Below are positions 18,601 through 27,858 of a DNA stretch of 63,194 nucleotides, piece by piece (the stretch's first letter is position 1; every line of letters begins with the position of its first letter). The notes below the pieces were generated by a model. It searched no databases. It saw nothing but the letters and a program-made list of their open reading frames with translations, and was not told the origin of the DNA. This DNA comes from a virus (Duplodnaviria; Caudoviricetes). The stretch spans positions 1-63,194 of the IMG/VR virus record IMGVR_UViG_3300028194_000318. The stretch is one strand, 5' to 3'. Position numbers and translations under genes: made by a program.

Positions 18601-19827
18601 CCAACTACTACAGTTCAGAATACTGATTACTTAATGATCAGTGATACTAGTGGTGGAAATCAATTAATAAAGCAACAAATTTATTTAATGCCTGGTTATT
18701 ACAGCGGTTTTATGGCTAGAGGTAATGGTATAACTGCAGGAAGTAGTCTTGTAACAAGTGAACAAGGATTAAATATTGCAGGAGGTACAGGTTTAAGTAC
18801 AATTGCTAGTGAATCAACACCAGCTGGACAGGAAACTCAAAAGAAAATACAAATAAATATAGATGATACTGGTGTAACAGCAGGAGCTTATACTAATGCA
18901 AACATCACAGTAAATGCTCAAGGGCAAATTACAGCAGCAGCTAATGGTTCTGGTGGTGGTGGAACAGTAACTAGTTTAACAACTACTGGAACAACCGGGG
19001 CAGCAACACTAAACTCTGGAGTATTAAATATTCCTCAGTATGGTGGTATAAATGCTGTTAACTTACTATTAGGAACAAGTACTGGAGCTCCTTTGACAAC
19101 TTCTGTAGCTTTTAATGCTTTAAATATTACATCAAATGCATTTGCAGGAGGAACTAAAGTTGGTCATGTACCATCATATGGTTCTGATCCAGGAAACCAA
19201 AAGTTCTATTTAGATGCAACAGGAACCTGGAGTAATCCAAGTTCTGCCGTAGCTCCACAATCAGGTTGTGGTGTAAAAGTTACTTCAGGCACTAATGTAT
19301 TAGATATATATTATGGAGATGGTGTTGCTACTACTAGTAATGTAATTACTTGTGCAACCCTTGGAACAAAAGAAGTTTTTGATATACAAACTGATCATAT
19401 TTTATATAATGATAAAGATGTAGGTGGTACAAACGTTGATGTAGCTAAAAAAATAGTAGTAAAAGATGTATTTGATAGATATGTGTCAAGATCAACTGCA
19501 CCACTTTCAAATGCATGGTGTAGAGTTATTACTGGGCAAACTGGTTTTAATGCTCCTGCTAATCAAGGTAGATCAGCTATAGGAACACTAACAGCTACTT
19601 CAACAGGAGCTAATGGTGTAACTTTATCTTGGACAAAAGCTTTATCTGGTGTAAATTATGCGGTTGTAGTTACTAGTGAAAATATCTCTACTCCAATTTG
19701 GTGTGCTGTAAGAGGAAAGACAACAACAAGTTGTATTATTACTACTAAGAATATGCAGAGTGGTGTTGATGTAAACAGCCAAGAAGTAAATGTAGTAATT
19801 TATGATACATCTTTAGACACAATATAA
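15655..19827 (+). CDS. Long repetitive fibre protein
   Basis: 1390 aa, T/G/S-rich, with several internal repeat families and the shared N-terminal anchor. Confidence 0.85.
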   Translation: MGSLLQDVIGLFSKKKYAPKPYDVNKEGKEDYLVLSTKQDSSLNVMAYLPKLDQELISIFDLATAINGAGNTTYDFANADLGGKTNLNLTGSDGTVDTVSLVGGTGVTIASTGSDVEFSVTAGTYVECTGTNTANAIPMWNGGTCSLDDSNITYDGNNMYILESGKKFQVGWLNMSTSGVIDTSNGTGAVGQVLTVAASGQLEWTTNGTGSMSSWNVGGEGGFSVTDGESVLFIGGAKLTSIANNGNESVTFSHNNTTRVDTNSAVSPAAGGTFTVVDSITQDATGHPTAVNVKTVTLPNPSDDNTTYDLTGAANGSSYEVKLTGSDATVDTISFNPGGGVTLTDEGGNNVKINVPEGTVTSVSGGLGTTVTGTGSVAPVVNIDYAGNDNAIIIAPTTTPVADDYIWFSDTSDNGDIKKGLISNLPGGSGGVTQIVAGTNVSISPSGGTGVVTINSTDNFSGTVTSVTGGTSTFITNTVVNPSTVPVLTSTLSATGTANATSFLRGDNVWATIPGGDTTYNLGVPAATTQINLNGSDGTNTPVTITGGTNVTVTRTSGTELTIDSTDQYSGTVTTVSSTTAGDALDVAVTNPTTTPDLAFTFAGAAGDYINGLGNLVTFPSIPSVPADIVNTVTTTDGNFIDLTPDAAVTGSVTVTADLSATGTADATTYLRGDNTWAAIPAGGSVTSVGATTTGDALNVANSPITNNGTLAFSWTGDATQYINGAGDKVLLSTLPQGAVTSLTTTGTSGASTLNSGVLNIPNYANTQNSLTTTGTGAATLVGTVLNIPTPVIPFTSLTTTGSSGAATLNSGVLNIPQYGGGSTYGAGPGLILNTTPTPDQFELDYVGTDNYIYRQPTKSITSADFLPWTDAAATPNVFKTSPAAIINAGLSLTTTGSSGAATLSSSGVLNIPQYSGGGGGFTSFDITDNTTTQTITSGSTIEFTKANLASTEGGLTIAVSATDKVTIGVNALGTDNLILSRPTTTVQNTDYLMISDTSGGNQLIKQQIYLMPGYYSGFMARGNGITAGSSLVTSEQGLNIAGGTGLSTIASESTPAGQETQKKIQINIDDTGVTAGAYTNANITVNAQGQITAAANGSGGGGTVTSLTTTGTTGAATLNSGVLNIPQYGGINAVNLLLGTSTGAPLTTSVAFNALNITSNAFAGGTKVGHVPSYGSDPGNQKFYLDATGTWSNPSSAVAPQSGCGVKVTSGTNVLDIYYGDGVATTSNVITCATLGTKEVFDIQTDHILYNDKDVGGTNVDVAKKIVVKDVFDRYVSRSTAPLSNAWCRVITGQTGFNAPANQGRSAIGTLTATSTGANGVTLSWTKALSGVNYAVVVTSENISTPIWCAVRGKTTTSCIITTKNMQSGVDVNSQEVNVVIYDTSLDTI
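17878..19041 (+). repeat. Five copies of the SLTTTG(T/S)SGAATLxSGVLNIP coding repeat
   Basis: Copies near 17878, 17962, 18043, 18328 and 18973. A sixth copy is at about 13199 in another gene. Confidence 0.85.
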
Positions 19828-19860
19828 AAAAAACTAATAAGTTTGTAAAAAAGAAATAAA

Positions 19861-22800
19861 ATGAGTGTATATATACAAGAGGTCTTAGGCCTACTAAAGA
19901 GAAACAAAAAGAAACTAATCCTTGATAAACAAAAGGATCATTTTGAATTTGGTAAACTATTTCAAAATAGTTCTTTAAACAATGCTGGTACTTATGGTCC
20001 CAGGATGGAACCATTTGTAGTAAAGTGGGGTGATCTTGTATGTCAAGCAACAGAAAATCTAACAAGAACTCAAATTGGTTCAGGTGTTTTAGGTAGAGTA
20101 CCTGTATATACAAGACCAGAAGGATCATGTACATGGGATACTTTGATGGATTCTATTATTACTCAGAATGCAATTGGTGATACTATTACTATTAACAATG
20201 GTAATTTAATAGTAGACTTACAATTAACAGCTGGTTCAGCAAATATATTAGATCTTACTAATGACCGTGTGGTTATTGTAGGAGTTAATGGTGAGCTTGA
20301 AGATGATGCTAATTTTACAATGGATGGTACAACGTTTACAGCTAATGTAGATGTAGTGCATGGAACTGATGTACCAGCAGGTACTCCAGCTCAAACAACA
20401 AGAATAAACTCTAATCTTAAACTAGAAGGGCCTGTATATGATTCACTTGGAGCATTAGGTGGATTAAATAAAGTGCTTGTAGGTTTAGCAGATGGTAGAG
20501 TAAAGTGGCAAGATGATGATGTGGTTGAAGCATTAACATATGGTTCACTATGGCAAGGAGATGCTACTAATTATAAAGTAGAGTTGCCTATTGGCACTGT
20601 AGATCAGATTCTTATTTCTGATGGAACTACTTTTGCATGGCAAGATAATCCTGCAGCAATTGTAGGAGAAATATGTAGTGTATATAGAATTCCACTATGG
20701 ACCCCTGATTCAAACACTTTAGGATGTTCATTACTTATTCAAGATGGAAACTCAGGTACACCAGCTACTCAAATTACTAATGATGGTAAGCTTAAACAAA
20801 CAAAAGAACTATATTTAGATACTGTAATACAAAATGATGCACTTACACAAGTTTTAGTAAGAGATACAGGTGCTGCTAATGAAGTTAAGTTTAGAGATGC
20901 ATCAACAATAATTCCTCAAAGAGGATTTGATACATTAACAATGACTGCTAATGGTGGAGCAGCCGGTAAATGGACTCAGACTTTTTTAAATGCATATATA
21001 GCTTTAGATTTATCTAAGTTTGCATTTATTGACATTAAAGGGATGGATAACTTAACTGATGGAGAACATGGTGTGGTTATAGCAGAAAATGTTCAGTCAG
21101 GATCTGCACTACCAGATAATGTTATTAGATTTCCTGATGGATGGGGTACTGTGGGTAATTTATTTGATAATACAGTTACATGGACTCCAGGTGTAGATAA
21201 CGGTTACCCAACCTCAAGCCTTTTATTTGGTGAGTCACTAAAACTTAGTTATATTAATTATGATATTCCAGGAGGCAACAATATGTTATACTGGGATGCA
21301 TGTTGTAAGTCAACTTCAGCAAATGCATGTCCTGTAGCTAATAATGGCTCTATTATAATTGATGAAGATACTTCTGTAGGTGGTACAGTAGTAGCAAATG
21401 ATGATGGTTTTGGTGGATATGGTTTAACATATACACTAGTTACTCCAATACCGGCTGGTCAAGGTTCAGTAACTCTTGATGCTGCAACAGGTAATTGGGT
21501 TTATACACCTACTCTTAATTATTTTGGTGTTACCTCTTTTCAATGGAAAGTAAATGATGGTTATTGTGATAGTAATATTGCTACACAAACTATAACCCTA
21601 AGAGCAATAGCAGATCCAGTTATCTGGACATCTACTGATCCGGTTACAGCTAATACATATCCTAATTTAACAGGTGGTGATACTTGGACTTATACATGGA
21701 CAGTAGCAGATCAAGATACACCATGTAATCAATTAAGTTTTACTACACCAAGTTTGCCGTCATGGTTAACTTTTACTAATAATGGAAATTGTACAGGAAC
21801 TTTAAGTGGGACTGTGCCAAGTGCGGGAGGTAGCTTCCCAGTTGTATTAAATGTAACTGACAATGATGGTAGTTCTGACACACAAACTTTTACAATTGGT
21901 GGATTAGGTGTTACAGTAAATACATATTTCCAATACTGGAGTGATACTTCAGGATCTATGGTTAGTACAATTAGAAGAACTGCTAAAATGGCAAGTGTTC
22001 CAGAAGTAATTACTAGAATAACTGATAGTAATACTGGAAGCGGAACAACTACTATAAGGTTTGGAAATACTGTACAAGCAAATTTAATTAGTGGTAGAGT
22101 TAATGCAGCAAATGGTCAAACAGCAAAATCATTTTATTGTGTTGCTGTAGGTATGACTGTTGTAGGTGTTGGAGCTGCAGCTGCTAGAGTTCCAGCAGGA
22201 ACAACTGTAGTATCTTATACAGATGGGGGAATACCTAATCAAGCTACGGCAATATTAAGTAATCCGCATACTCTTAATCAAAATGATATTGTAAAATTTG
22301 ATATAACAGATGCTATGATGGCTGCAGATTATACTAATCCAGCTAACTTTAGAAACTTACTTCAAGATTTCTATCAGACAGGTGGAACTGAAGCAAGTGG
22401 AAATACAAACGCAGCAACAAATGGACGTGATCAATTTAATTCACACGTTTATTGGAGTCATCAGAATTCAGAAAGACAGATAGCATTCTTCTCTGGAGGT
22501 GAAAATGGAACTCCAGCAGATGGAACTAACTATAATACAATTTGGCCAAGTGCTGATAGAGTACAATTCCTTTGTTTTGCTGATGAATCAAGTCAATATA
22601 ATATGGCAGGTACTGGTACTGGTACATGGGCAGATAGGGCTAATAGTACAGTAACTACTATAACAGATGACGTAACAACTGTTAAAGGTTTTATTAGTAA
22701 CATGGTAACGGCAGCAGGTAATAATTCTATATACAGAGGTATATTTTTCCCAGTTGATTATAACACAGGTCCTAACGGAGTACAACTTAATCCTTTATTG

Positions 22801-23022
22801 GCTAATGACGGTTTAATGGCAACTGGTGGTTTAACTGCAAATGGATTTGCATATGCACCACAAGCTTCTGCATACAATACAACAACACAAACGTTGTATC
22901 CAGAGTCATCAGGATCTCCAACTTATTTAACTTATACAGCAGAAGTAGCTGACGGTAATACTAATCAATATTACTATAATCAAGTAAAAGCTGCATTGAA
23001 CAATAGTGGATATACATTATAA
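19861..23022 (+). CDS. Fibre/adhesin with Ig/cadherin-like domains and a vWA-like tip
   Basis: PVANNGSIIIDEDT (Big/cadherin-like), LPSWLTF...LSGTVP (He_PIG-like), and WSDTSGSM...FLCFADES (MIDAS-like). Confidence 0.75.
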   Translation: MSVYIQEVLGLLKRNKKKLILDKQKDHFEFGKLFQNSSLNNAGTYGPRMEPFVVKWGDLVCQATENLTRTQIGSGVLGRVPVYTRPEGSCTWDTLMDSIITQNAIGDTITINNGNLIVDLQLTAGSANILDLTNDRVVIVGVNGELEDDANFTMDGTTFTANVDVVHGTDVPAGTPAQTTRINSNLKLEGPVYDSLGALGGLNKVLVGLADGRVKWQDDDVVEALTYGSLWQGDATNYKVELPIGTVDQILISDGTTFAWQDNPAAIVGEICSVYRIPLWTPDSNTLGCSLLIQDGNSGTPATQITNDGKLKQTKELYLDTVIQNDALTQVLVRDTGAANEVKFRDASTIIPQRGFDTLTMTANGGAAGKWTQTFLNAYIALDLSKFAFIDIKGMDNLTDGEHGVVIAENVQSGSALPDNVIRFPDGWGTVGNLFDNTVTWTPGVDNGYPTSSLLFGESLKLSYINYDIPGGNNMLYWDACCKSTSANACPVANNGSIIIDEDTSVGGTVVANDDGFGGYGLTYTLVTPIPAGQGSVTLDAATGNWVYTPTLNYFGVTSFQWKVNDGYCDSNIATQTITLRAIADPVIWTSTDPVTANTYPNLTGGDTWTYTWTVADQDTPCNQLSFTTPSLPSWLTFTNNGNCTGTLSGTVPSAGGSFPVVLNVTDNDGSSDTQTFTIGGLGVTVNTYFQYWSDTSGSMVSTIRRTAKMASVPEVITRITDSNTGSGTTTIRFGNTVQANLISGRVNAANGQTAKSFYCVAVGMTVVGVGAAAARVPAGTTVVSYTDGGIPNQATAILSNPHTLNQNDIVKFDITDAMMAADYTNPANFRNLLQDFYQTGGTEASGNTNAATNGRDQFNSHVYWSHQNSERQIAFFSGGENGTPADGTNYNTIWPSADRVQFLCFADESSQYNMAGTGTGTWADRANSTVTTITDDVTTVKGFISNMVTAAGNNSIYRGIFFPVDYNTGPNGVQLNPLLANDGLMATGGLTANGFAYAPQASAYNTTTQTLYPESSGSPTYLTYTAEVADGNTNQYYYNQVKAALNNSGYTL

Positions 23023-23041
23023 CAATTAAAAAAATAAAAAA

Positions 23042-23461
23042 ATGGGAGTACAATTTAATACATCAGAATCATCAAGTCTTAATGCAGAGTATCCAAAAGA
23101 TATGGCAATGCCAAACCAATATGGATTTGGTGGATTAGAAGTACATGCAGTTATTTCAGCTGCTACTACAAATCTAGGCTTTATAAAAAAAGGATCTGGT
23201 TCAGTCTATGGAATTAATTTACATAACAAAGCTGCAGCCCCTGCTTATCTAAGAATATTTGACAAAGCTTCAGCTCCAGTAGATGCTGATATACCTTTAG
23301 TAACATTGACAATACCTGCAGTAGGTTCTCTAGCTATGGAGTTACCTATTGGGTTAAGGTTTAAACTTGGTTTAGGTTTTAATATTACAGCTGCTGCAAC
23401 AAATGGAAATGCAACTGCAATAGTAGCAGAAGATGTTGTTGGTGGAATACTTTGGAGATAA
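23042..23461 (+). CDS. Small beta-sandwich structural protein
   Basis: GSVYGINLHN...AYLRIFDKASAP all-beta pattern following the fibre genes. Confidence 0.55.
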   Translation: MGVQFNTSESSSLNAEYPKDMAMPNQYGFGGLEVHAVISAATTNLGFIKKGSGSVYGINLHNKAAAPAYLRIFDKASAPVDADIPLVTLTIPAVGSLAMELPIGLRFKLGLGFNITAAATNGNATAIVAEDVVGGILWR

Positions 23462-23664
23462 TGAAACTTTTAAATAAATATTTAAGAGGTAAAGAGTGGT
23501 TAGCTGACCAGTATAATAGAAACAGAAAGGTTGAAGATCATAAATCTGTAGAAGAATTTAATTCATCAGAGAAGTTAGCAGATGAAATTTCTTTTAGATT
23601 GCTAGCAACTAAGAACCACCCAGATTACGAATGGTTAAAAGAAGTTTTAGCTAGTCATCATTAG
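23461..23664 (+). CDS. Hypothetical protein
   Basis: TAATG coupling. Last gene of the + strand block. Confidence 0.6.
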   Translation: MKLLNKYLRGKEWLADQYNRNRKVEDHKSVEEFNSSEKLADEISFRLLATKNHPDYEWLKEVLASHH

Positions 23665-23953
23665 AATATTTCTTATCTTCTTCTAATTCTTTTTGTAAAC
23701 ATGCAAGAGCACGCCAAGCAACTTTAGCAGTATGACGAATACCATCATCATCAATAGTTCCTGCATCCATTAAATGTCTAGTCAATGCATCTAAGTCATC
23801 ATTAGACTTGCTACGGTCCCAATGCAAAGGTTTATCAGGGTGATGTTGTTTGTTGCCAGCTAACGACACCTTAGCAATTTCCATAATAGCATCAGGAAAA
23901 TATCTTAATACACCAGTAAAGACTGGTCTTTCTTTTCTTTCTTTAGAATTCAT
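23651..23953 (-). CDS. dATP/dGTP diphosphohydrolase-domain protein (DUF5664-like)
   Basis: PDAIMEIAKVSLAGNKQH...W...DALTRHL...HTAKVAWRAL. Confidence 0.75.
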   Translation of the reverse strand: MNSKERKERPVFTGVLRYFPDAIMEIAKVSLAGNKQHHPDKPLHWDRSKSNDDLDALTRHLMDAGTIDDDGIRHTAKVAWRALACLQKELEEDKKYSNDD

Positions 23954-23956
23954 GTG

Positions 23957-24175
23957 TTATTCTTTTTTATGAGGAGGAAAATTGTAATTTTTTTTATTGA
24001 GCTTGTAGTCTATAACAAATCCTATAGCTACTATAACATGCAGGCCTATACTAGTTAATATTTCATATAGGTCCTGATAGTTATGTATTGATAAATGAAT
24101 ATGTCCAACTATCCAAAAAGGAATTGCAAGTTGTTGACTAATCCATACAATTGTAAATATTATAAATCTTTTCAT
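23957..24175 (-). CDS. Small 2-TM membrane protein
   Basis: Start MKRFIIFTIVW, two hydrophobic helices, preceded by a structured leader. Confidence 0.65.
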   Translation of the reverse strand: MKRFIIFTIVWISQQLAIPFWIVGHIHLSIHNYQDLYEILTSIGLHVIVAIGFVIDYKLNKKNYNFPPHKKE

Positions 24176-24186
24176 AGTAAAAGGAA

Positions 24187-24243
24187 GGGAGCCCAAGATC
24201 CAAGAATGCATAAACTTAGATCTTGAGTTGGTTTAAGTCTCCC
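24187..24243 (-). other. Structured 5' leader RNA
   Basis: 13-bp stem CTCAAGATCTAAG/CTTGGATCTTGGG with G-U pairs valid only on the minus strand, enclosed by GGGAG/CTCCC. Confidence 0.55.
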
Positions 24244-24271
24244 AGTTATTTAATCAATATCAGCTTTACTA

Positions 24272-24279
24272 CAAAGATA
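24272..24279 (-). promoter_or_regulatory. Bacteroidetes -7 element
   Basis: TATCTTTG on the minus strand. Confidence 0.65.
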
Positions 24280-24320
24280 AAAGCATAGAACACATACCAC
24301 AAGAAAAAACACAGTGTTTA

Positions 24321-25208
24321 TCATCTACCCATGTATACATCTTGAACTAATATAGAGTGGCTTATATCCTCATCTATTTCTATTGCATTGTCTGTATCAG
24401 TCATACTAATACCAAGGTCAGTGTTATCTGTATTTAATTCAAAAGTGTTTAGACCTGATAAATTATTATTTACACACTCTACCATCATAAAGTCATGAAA
24501 GTTTTGTTGATCTGCTAGCCAATCCCGTGGATGTGCTTTCTTTAATGCATGTGTAATATGATTATAAAATGTCCAAGCACTGTTTTCTAAGGTCCCATAA
24601 TCATATGATCCCTTATTCATTTCACTCTTAACACAAGACATTTGTTGTGAGTCAAGTAAATCTTCTTCAATAAACAATCTACCAACAAGCTCAGACTGTT
24701 GACTACAATCTAAAGTTGTAAGCTTCATTGATTCTTTATCTTGTAAGATACGTTTATAGTACTTTTCAGCATTCTTAATCTGATCTGCTAAATGTACTTT
24801 AACATCATAATCAGCTGACCCAGTATGTTTTCTTTTAAAGTTCATCATATCACCTGCTACCATACCATTGTAACATACTGCTACATAGGCACCAACAGCA
24901 CATTGAAAACGTGTGCTTTTGTCATATGAATTAGTCCAGGCAAACATCATCCCAAGTTCTTTCTCATTGATGATTTCTTCATCAGTTGTTTGAGAAGGGT
25001 AGATATGATATATGCCTTGTGCTACATTGGCATTCATGTTTGCTCTATATATTTCTTTTTCTATTGTAAATCCACTACTAGCTAAAAGCTGTAATGTATT
25101 GTCTATCACGGATTTATGTGATACTACTGTATATGTCTTACCATGATTAGGTAAGCTTGCATTTTCTAAATGCCATTTAGTTGTTTCTTTTGGTTTTGTA
25201 TAACCCAT
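24321..25208 (-). CDS. DUF932/DUF945-like protein
   Basis: YTVVSH...NSYDKS...VCYNGM...KRKHTG...WTFYNHITH pattern. Confidence 0.7.
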   Translation of the reverse strand: MGYTKPKETTKWHLENASLPNHGKTYTVVSHKSVIDNTLQLLASSGFTIEKEIYRANMNANVAQGIYHIYPSQTTDEEIINEKELGMMFAWTNSYDKSTRFQCAVGAYVAVCYNGMVAGDMMNFKRKHTGSADYDVKVHLADQIKNAEKYYKRILQDKESMKLTTLDCSQQSELVGRLFIEEDLLDSQQMSCVKSEMNKGSYDYGTLENSAWTFYNHITHALKKAHPRDWLADQQNFHDFMMVECVNNNLSGLNTFELNTDNTDLGISMTDTDNAIEIDEDISHSILVQDVYMGR

Positions 25209-25228
25209 AATTATAAACTTTTAAAGTG

Positions 25229-25236
25229 TAAAGATA
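25229..25236 (-). promoter_or_regulatory. -7-like element TATCTTTA
   Basis: Lies 20 nt upstream of the ATG at 25208. An identical GTAAAGATAATAA context occurs at 45846. Confidence 0.55.
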
Positions 25237-25252
25237 ATAAATTTAATGGAAT

Positions 25253-25319
25253 AAAAAAGGGAGAGTTGTAAAAAACATTTAATAAATTGTTGTTTGGCAG
25301 TATGCCTACTCTCCCTTTT
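25253..25319 (-). terminator. Branched terminator-like structure after polB
   Basis: 12-bp outer stem AAAAGGGAGAGT/ACTCTCCCTTTT enclosing two small hairpins, with a T-run. Confidence 0.6.
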
Positions 25320-27314
25320 CTAAAATAATTTTAATTGATTTGTTGACACAGAGAGAATAGAATTTATCTCAGACTCAATTGCTTGCATATAGTAACCTTT
25401 ATTGATGTTATATGTCTCCCACTTGGGTTCCACAACCATCTCATTGTATACTGTCTGCAGCCACCGGCCTGCTTCTAATTGTATTTCTCTTGCATCTGAT
25501 TTATTTACTTTGATTATTTTCACTCCATCCTTAGAGATAAAGTATCTATTTATTTTCTGAAGTTCTTCTTCATTTAGTTTACCATCCTTAATCTTTCTAG
25601 CAACTTGTTTCCAGTTACCCTTAGATTTACCACCTATACAATAATCTAGAATGTTTTTATTCTCATCTAGATAGTCTTCAGGTAGCTTATCATTAACAAA
25701 GTATTGATAGATAGCTTTTGGTATAACTAATTTGGACTTATTCTTATGCAATTGTAAATCATGAAAATCAAAACGTCCCTTAAGTTTAACAGGAGCATAA
25801 CTAAATTTATCATTCTCTACTTTAAATAAGTAATGAGGCTGACTCTGTTTAATTTCTCTCCATTTGGTAATGTCAACTTCTATAAACTCATTAACGCCTA
25901 TATAATTGTTGACATCAGCTAATACAAGCTTCTGATATTTATCATGTTCAAGATTAAGATTGGTTGTTTCCTCCCATTCTTTACATATTTGCATGTATTC
26001 ATCTATATAATCCCTAGGTATAATAGTCTCAACACCATCTGTGTTTTGCAATAAAGCTACAGCACCGGGTATTCTTTCCATTATCTGTTCATATAACATC
26101 ATAAGACTAAGTTGACCATTAATTGTTATTCTACAGAACAATTCAGGATCATAAAAGAAGCTCTTATCATCATTGCTAAGGCCAAATGTTGAGTTAAGTA
26201 TAATCTTATATACATAATTCATTGGATTACTCTTAGGAATCTTCTTACGTTCTGTAAAGAACCATTCATACTGATCACAAAATGCTTCTTTAGGAAAATG
26301 TCCAGGAGACCACTTATTCTTTATAGCTAAGTTAGGATAATAACTAGTAACATCTGAAGACATTATAATCATATCATCTGTGCTTTCATAAACACCTTTC
26401 TTAGCTGCACCGTGAACACCACCTGTGCCAAAATGAGTCTTTACATTCTTATAGTTTACATGATACTTAAAACTACCTTTAAGGTTGTCTGCATTAACTT
26501 CTAAAGATTTAAATCTATTTAATAAAAGATTAAAATCAGCAGATGTAAATTTAACATAAGGAAGAATAATGTCTGATATTTTAATTATATCTCTTTTAGT
26601 CCTCATAGTTCTAAGGTCACGCTTCTGTATATTAAGTTTCTGCATTAAGTAATAACCAAAGAGTTCTTTACTTATTCTTGGTTCTGATGCACTGAATAGG
26701 TTAATACCATATGTTTTAGTAAGTTCTTTCCTAAGTCTTATTTGAGACTTAGATCTATTGTATATTTCTTTAGTTGACTTCACATCATTAATACAATACT
26801 CTATAATTGTATCTATCTCAGCTTGTGTAGTTATCTTTGTCTCATGGTGAATAGGCATATCAAGAATGTTTTGCCAATCCATACTATATTGTATCCATTT
26901 AAGACTAGAACGTTTAGCCGGGTTATCCCAATGATGCATTTTAAATATATCTATTTGCATTATCTGCATCTTCCAAGGTGCATACTCTGCAAACTGTTTA
27001 TTATTAGAAGCCTCAATAGTTTTTTGTGCATAGGCATATATAATCTCAGCTATCTCTGATCCACTTAGGTCAGACCACATGAAGTGGTTATCTAATATAT
27101 AGTGAGTGATCTGTGAATCAAAAGCTAATCCATTATAGGATATATGCCACTCTTTGTTATTAATATTACTTTCTAGAAAATGAACTAATATATCTAAATC
27201 ATTTTGCAGGTTATGAATTACAAAAACTTTAGTTTCCTGAGTTTTGTAATGTTCAAATACGCCTGTAAAACAATTAGATAAAGTCTCATAATCCATTACC
27301 CAATGTTTCTTCAT
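25320..27314 (-). CDS. polB: Family B DNA polymerase
   Basis: Exonuclease motifs DYET, YNGLAFD and YCINDV. Polymerase motifs DVTSYYP, KIILNSTFG and NTDG. Confidence 0.93.
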   Translation of the reverse strand: MKKHWVMDYETLSNCFTGVFEHYKTQETKVFVIHNLQNDLDILVHFLESNINNKEWHISYNGLAFDSQITHYILDNHFMWSDLSGSEIAEIIYAYAQKTIEASNNKQFAEYAPWKMQIMQIDIFKMHHWDNPAKRSSLKWIQYSMDWQNILDMPIHHETKITTQAEIDTIIEYCINDVKSTKEIYNRSKSQIRLRKELTKTYGINLFSASEPRISKELFGYYLMQKLNIQKRDLRTMRTKRDIIKISDIILPYVKFTSADFNLLLNRFKSLEVNADNLKGSFKYHVNYKNVKTHFGTGGVHGAAKKGVYESTDDMIIMSSDVTSYYPNLAIKNKWSPGHFPKEAFCDQYEWFFTERKKIPKSNPMNYVYKIILNSTFGLSNDDKSFFYDPELFCRITINGQLSLMMLYEQIMERIPGAVALLQNTDGVETIIPRDYIDEYMQICKEWEETTNLNLEHDKYQKLVLADVNNYIGVNEFIEVDITKWREIKQSQPHYLFKVENDKFSYAPVKLKGRFDFHDLQLHKNKSKLVIPKAIYQYFVNDKLPEDYLDENKNILDYCIGGKSKGNWKQVARKIKDGKLNEEELQKINRYFISKDGVKIIKVNKSDAREIQLEAGRWLQTVYNEMVVEPKWETYNINKGYYMQAIESEINSILSVSTNQLKLF

Positions 27315-27520
27315 ACCTTTTGTTTATATTTACCCATTATACCACTATGTTTTCTAGGATTACCATATTTCTTAGTTCTCTTATCAACATATTTGTATTT
27401 CTTTTTTTCTGGATATTTAGAGACAGTACACATACTTTCTCCAAACATCATTGCAAATGTATTATATTCTTTAGTCTCAGGATTATAGCCAGGAAGTCTA
27501 TTTCTTTTCATCCTTGACAT
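27311..27520 (-). CDS. Small basic hypothetical protein
   Basis: ATGA overlap with polB. Confidence 0.6.
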   Translation of the reverse strand: MSRMKRNRLPGYNPETKEYNTFAMMFGESMCTVSKYPEKKKYKYVDKRTKKYGNPRKHSGIMGKYKQKV

Positions 27521-27782
27521 TCTTAAGAGTAATTTCTTTAGCTTCTAAAACAAGATCCATAATACAATCATATATTTGTTCTATACCATCACTACCACCT
27601 CTTTTCATTTTTTTATTTATTTCTCTTTCATATAAGTCAACAGTTTTAATCACGTGTTTGATTTTCTGTTTAACTTGATGGGTATGTTTATACTGCAGGC
27701 CATGTGCTATTTCTCCCATACACTTGGTCATTGCTAATAGGATATTTATATCCATTATATCTGAATCAGTTAATTCTGCCAT
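27498..27782 (-). CDS. Hypothetical protein
   Basis: 94-aa ORF in the operon. Confidence 0.65.
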   Translation of the reverse strand: MAELTDSDIMDINILLAMTKCMGEIAHGLQYKHTHQVKQKIKHVIKTVDLYEREINKKMKRGGSDGIEQIYDCIMDLVLEAKEITLKNVKDEKK

Positions 27783-27802
27783 GTAATTTATTTATTAGAG
27801 CC

Positions 27803-27829
27803 AAAAAAAGCCCAAATCAATGAGCTTTT
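27803..27829 (-). terminator. Intrinsic terminator
   Basis: AAAAGCTCA/TGGGCTTTT stem plus T-run on the minus strand. Confidence 0.5.
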
Positions 27830-27858
27830 CTTTTTAAGTCAATAGAGTCAACCAAGAA

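Noticed and set aside
23651-23953. Z-genome or 7-deazaguanine modification system
   Set aside because: Only the diphosphohydrolase-like gene is present. No purZ, datZ-like HD hydrolase, dpdA or que genes are visible in the window.
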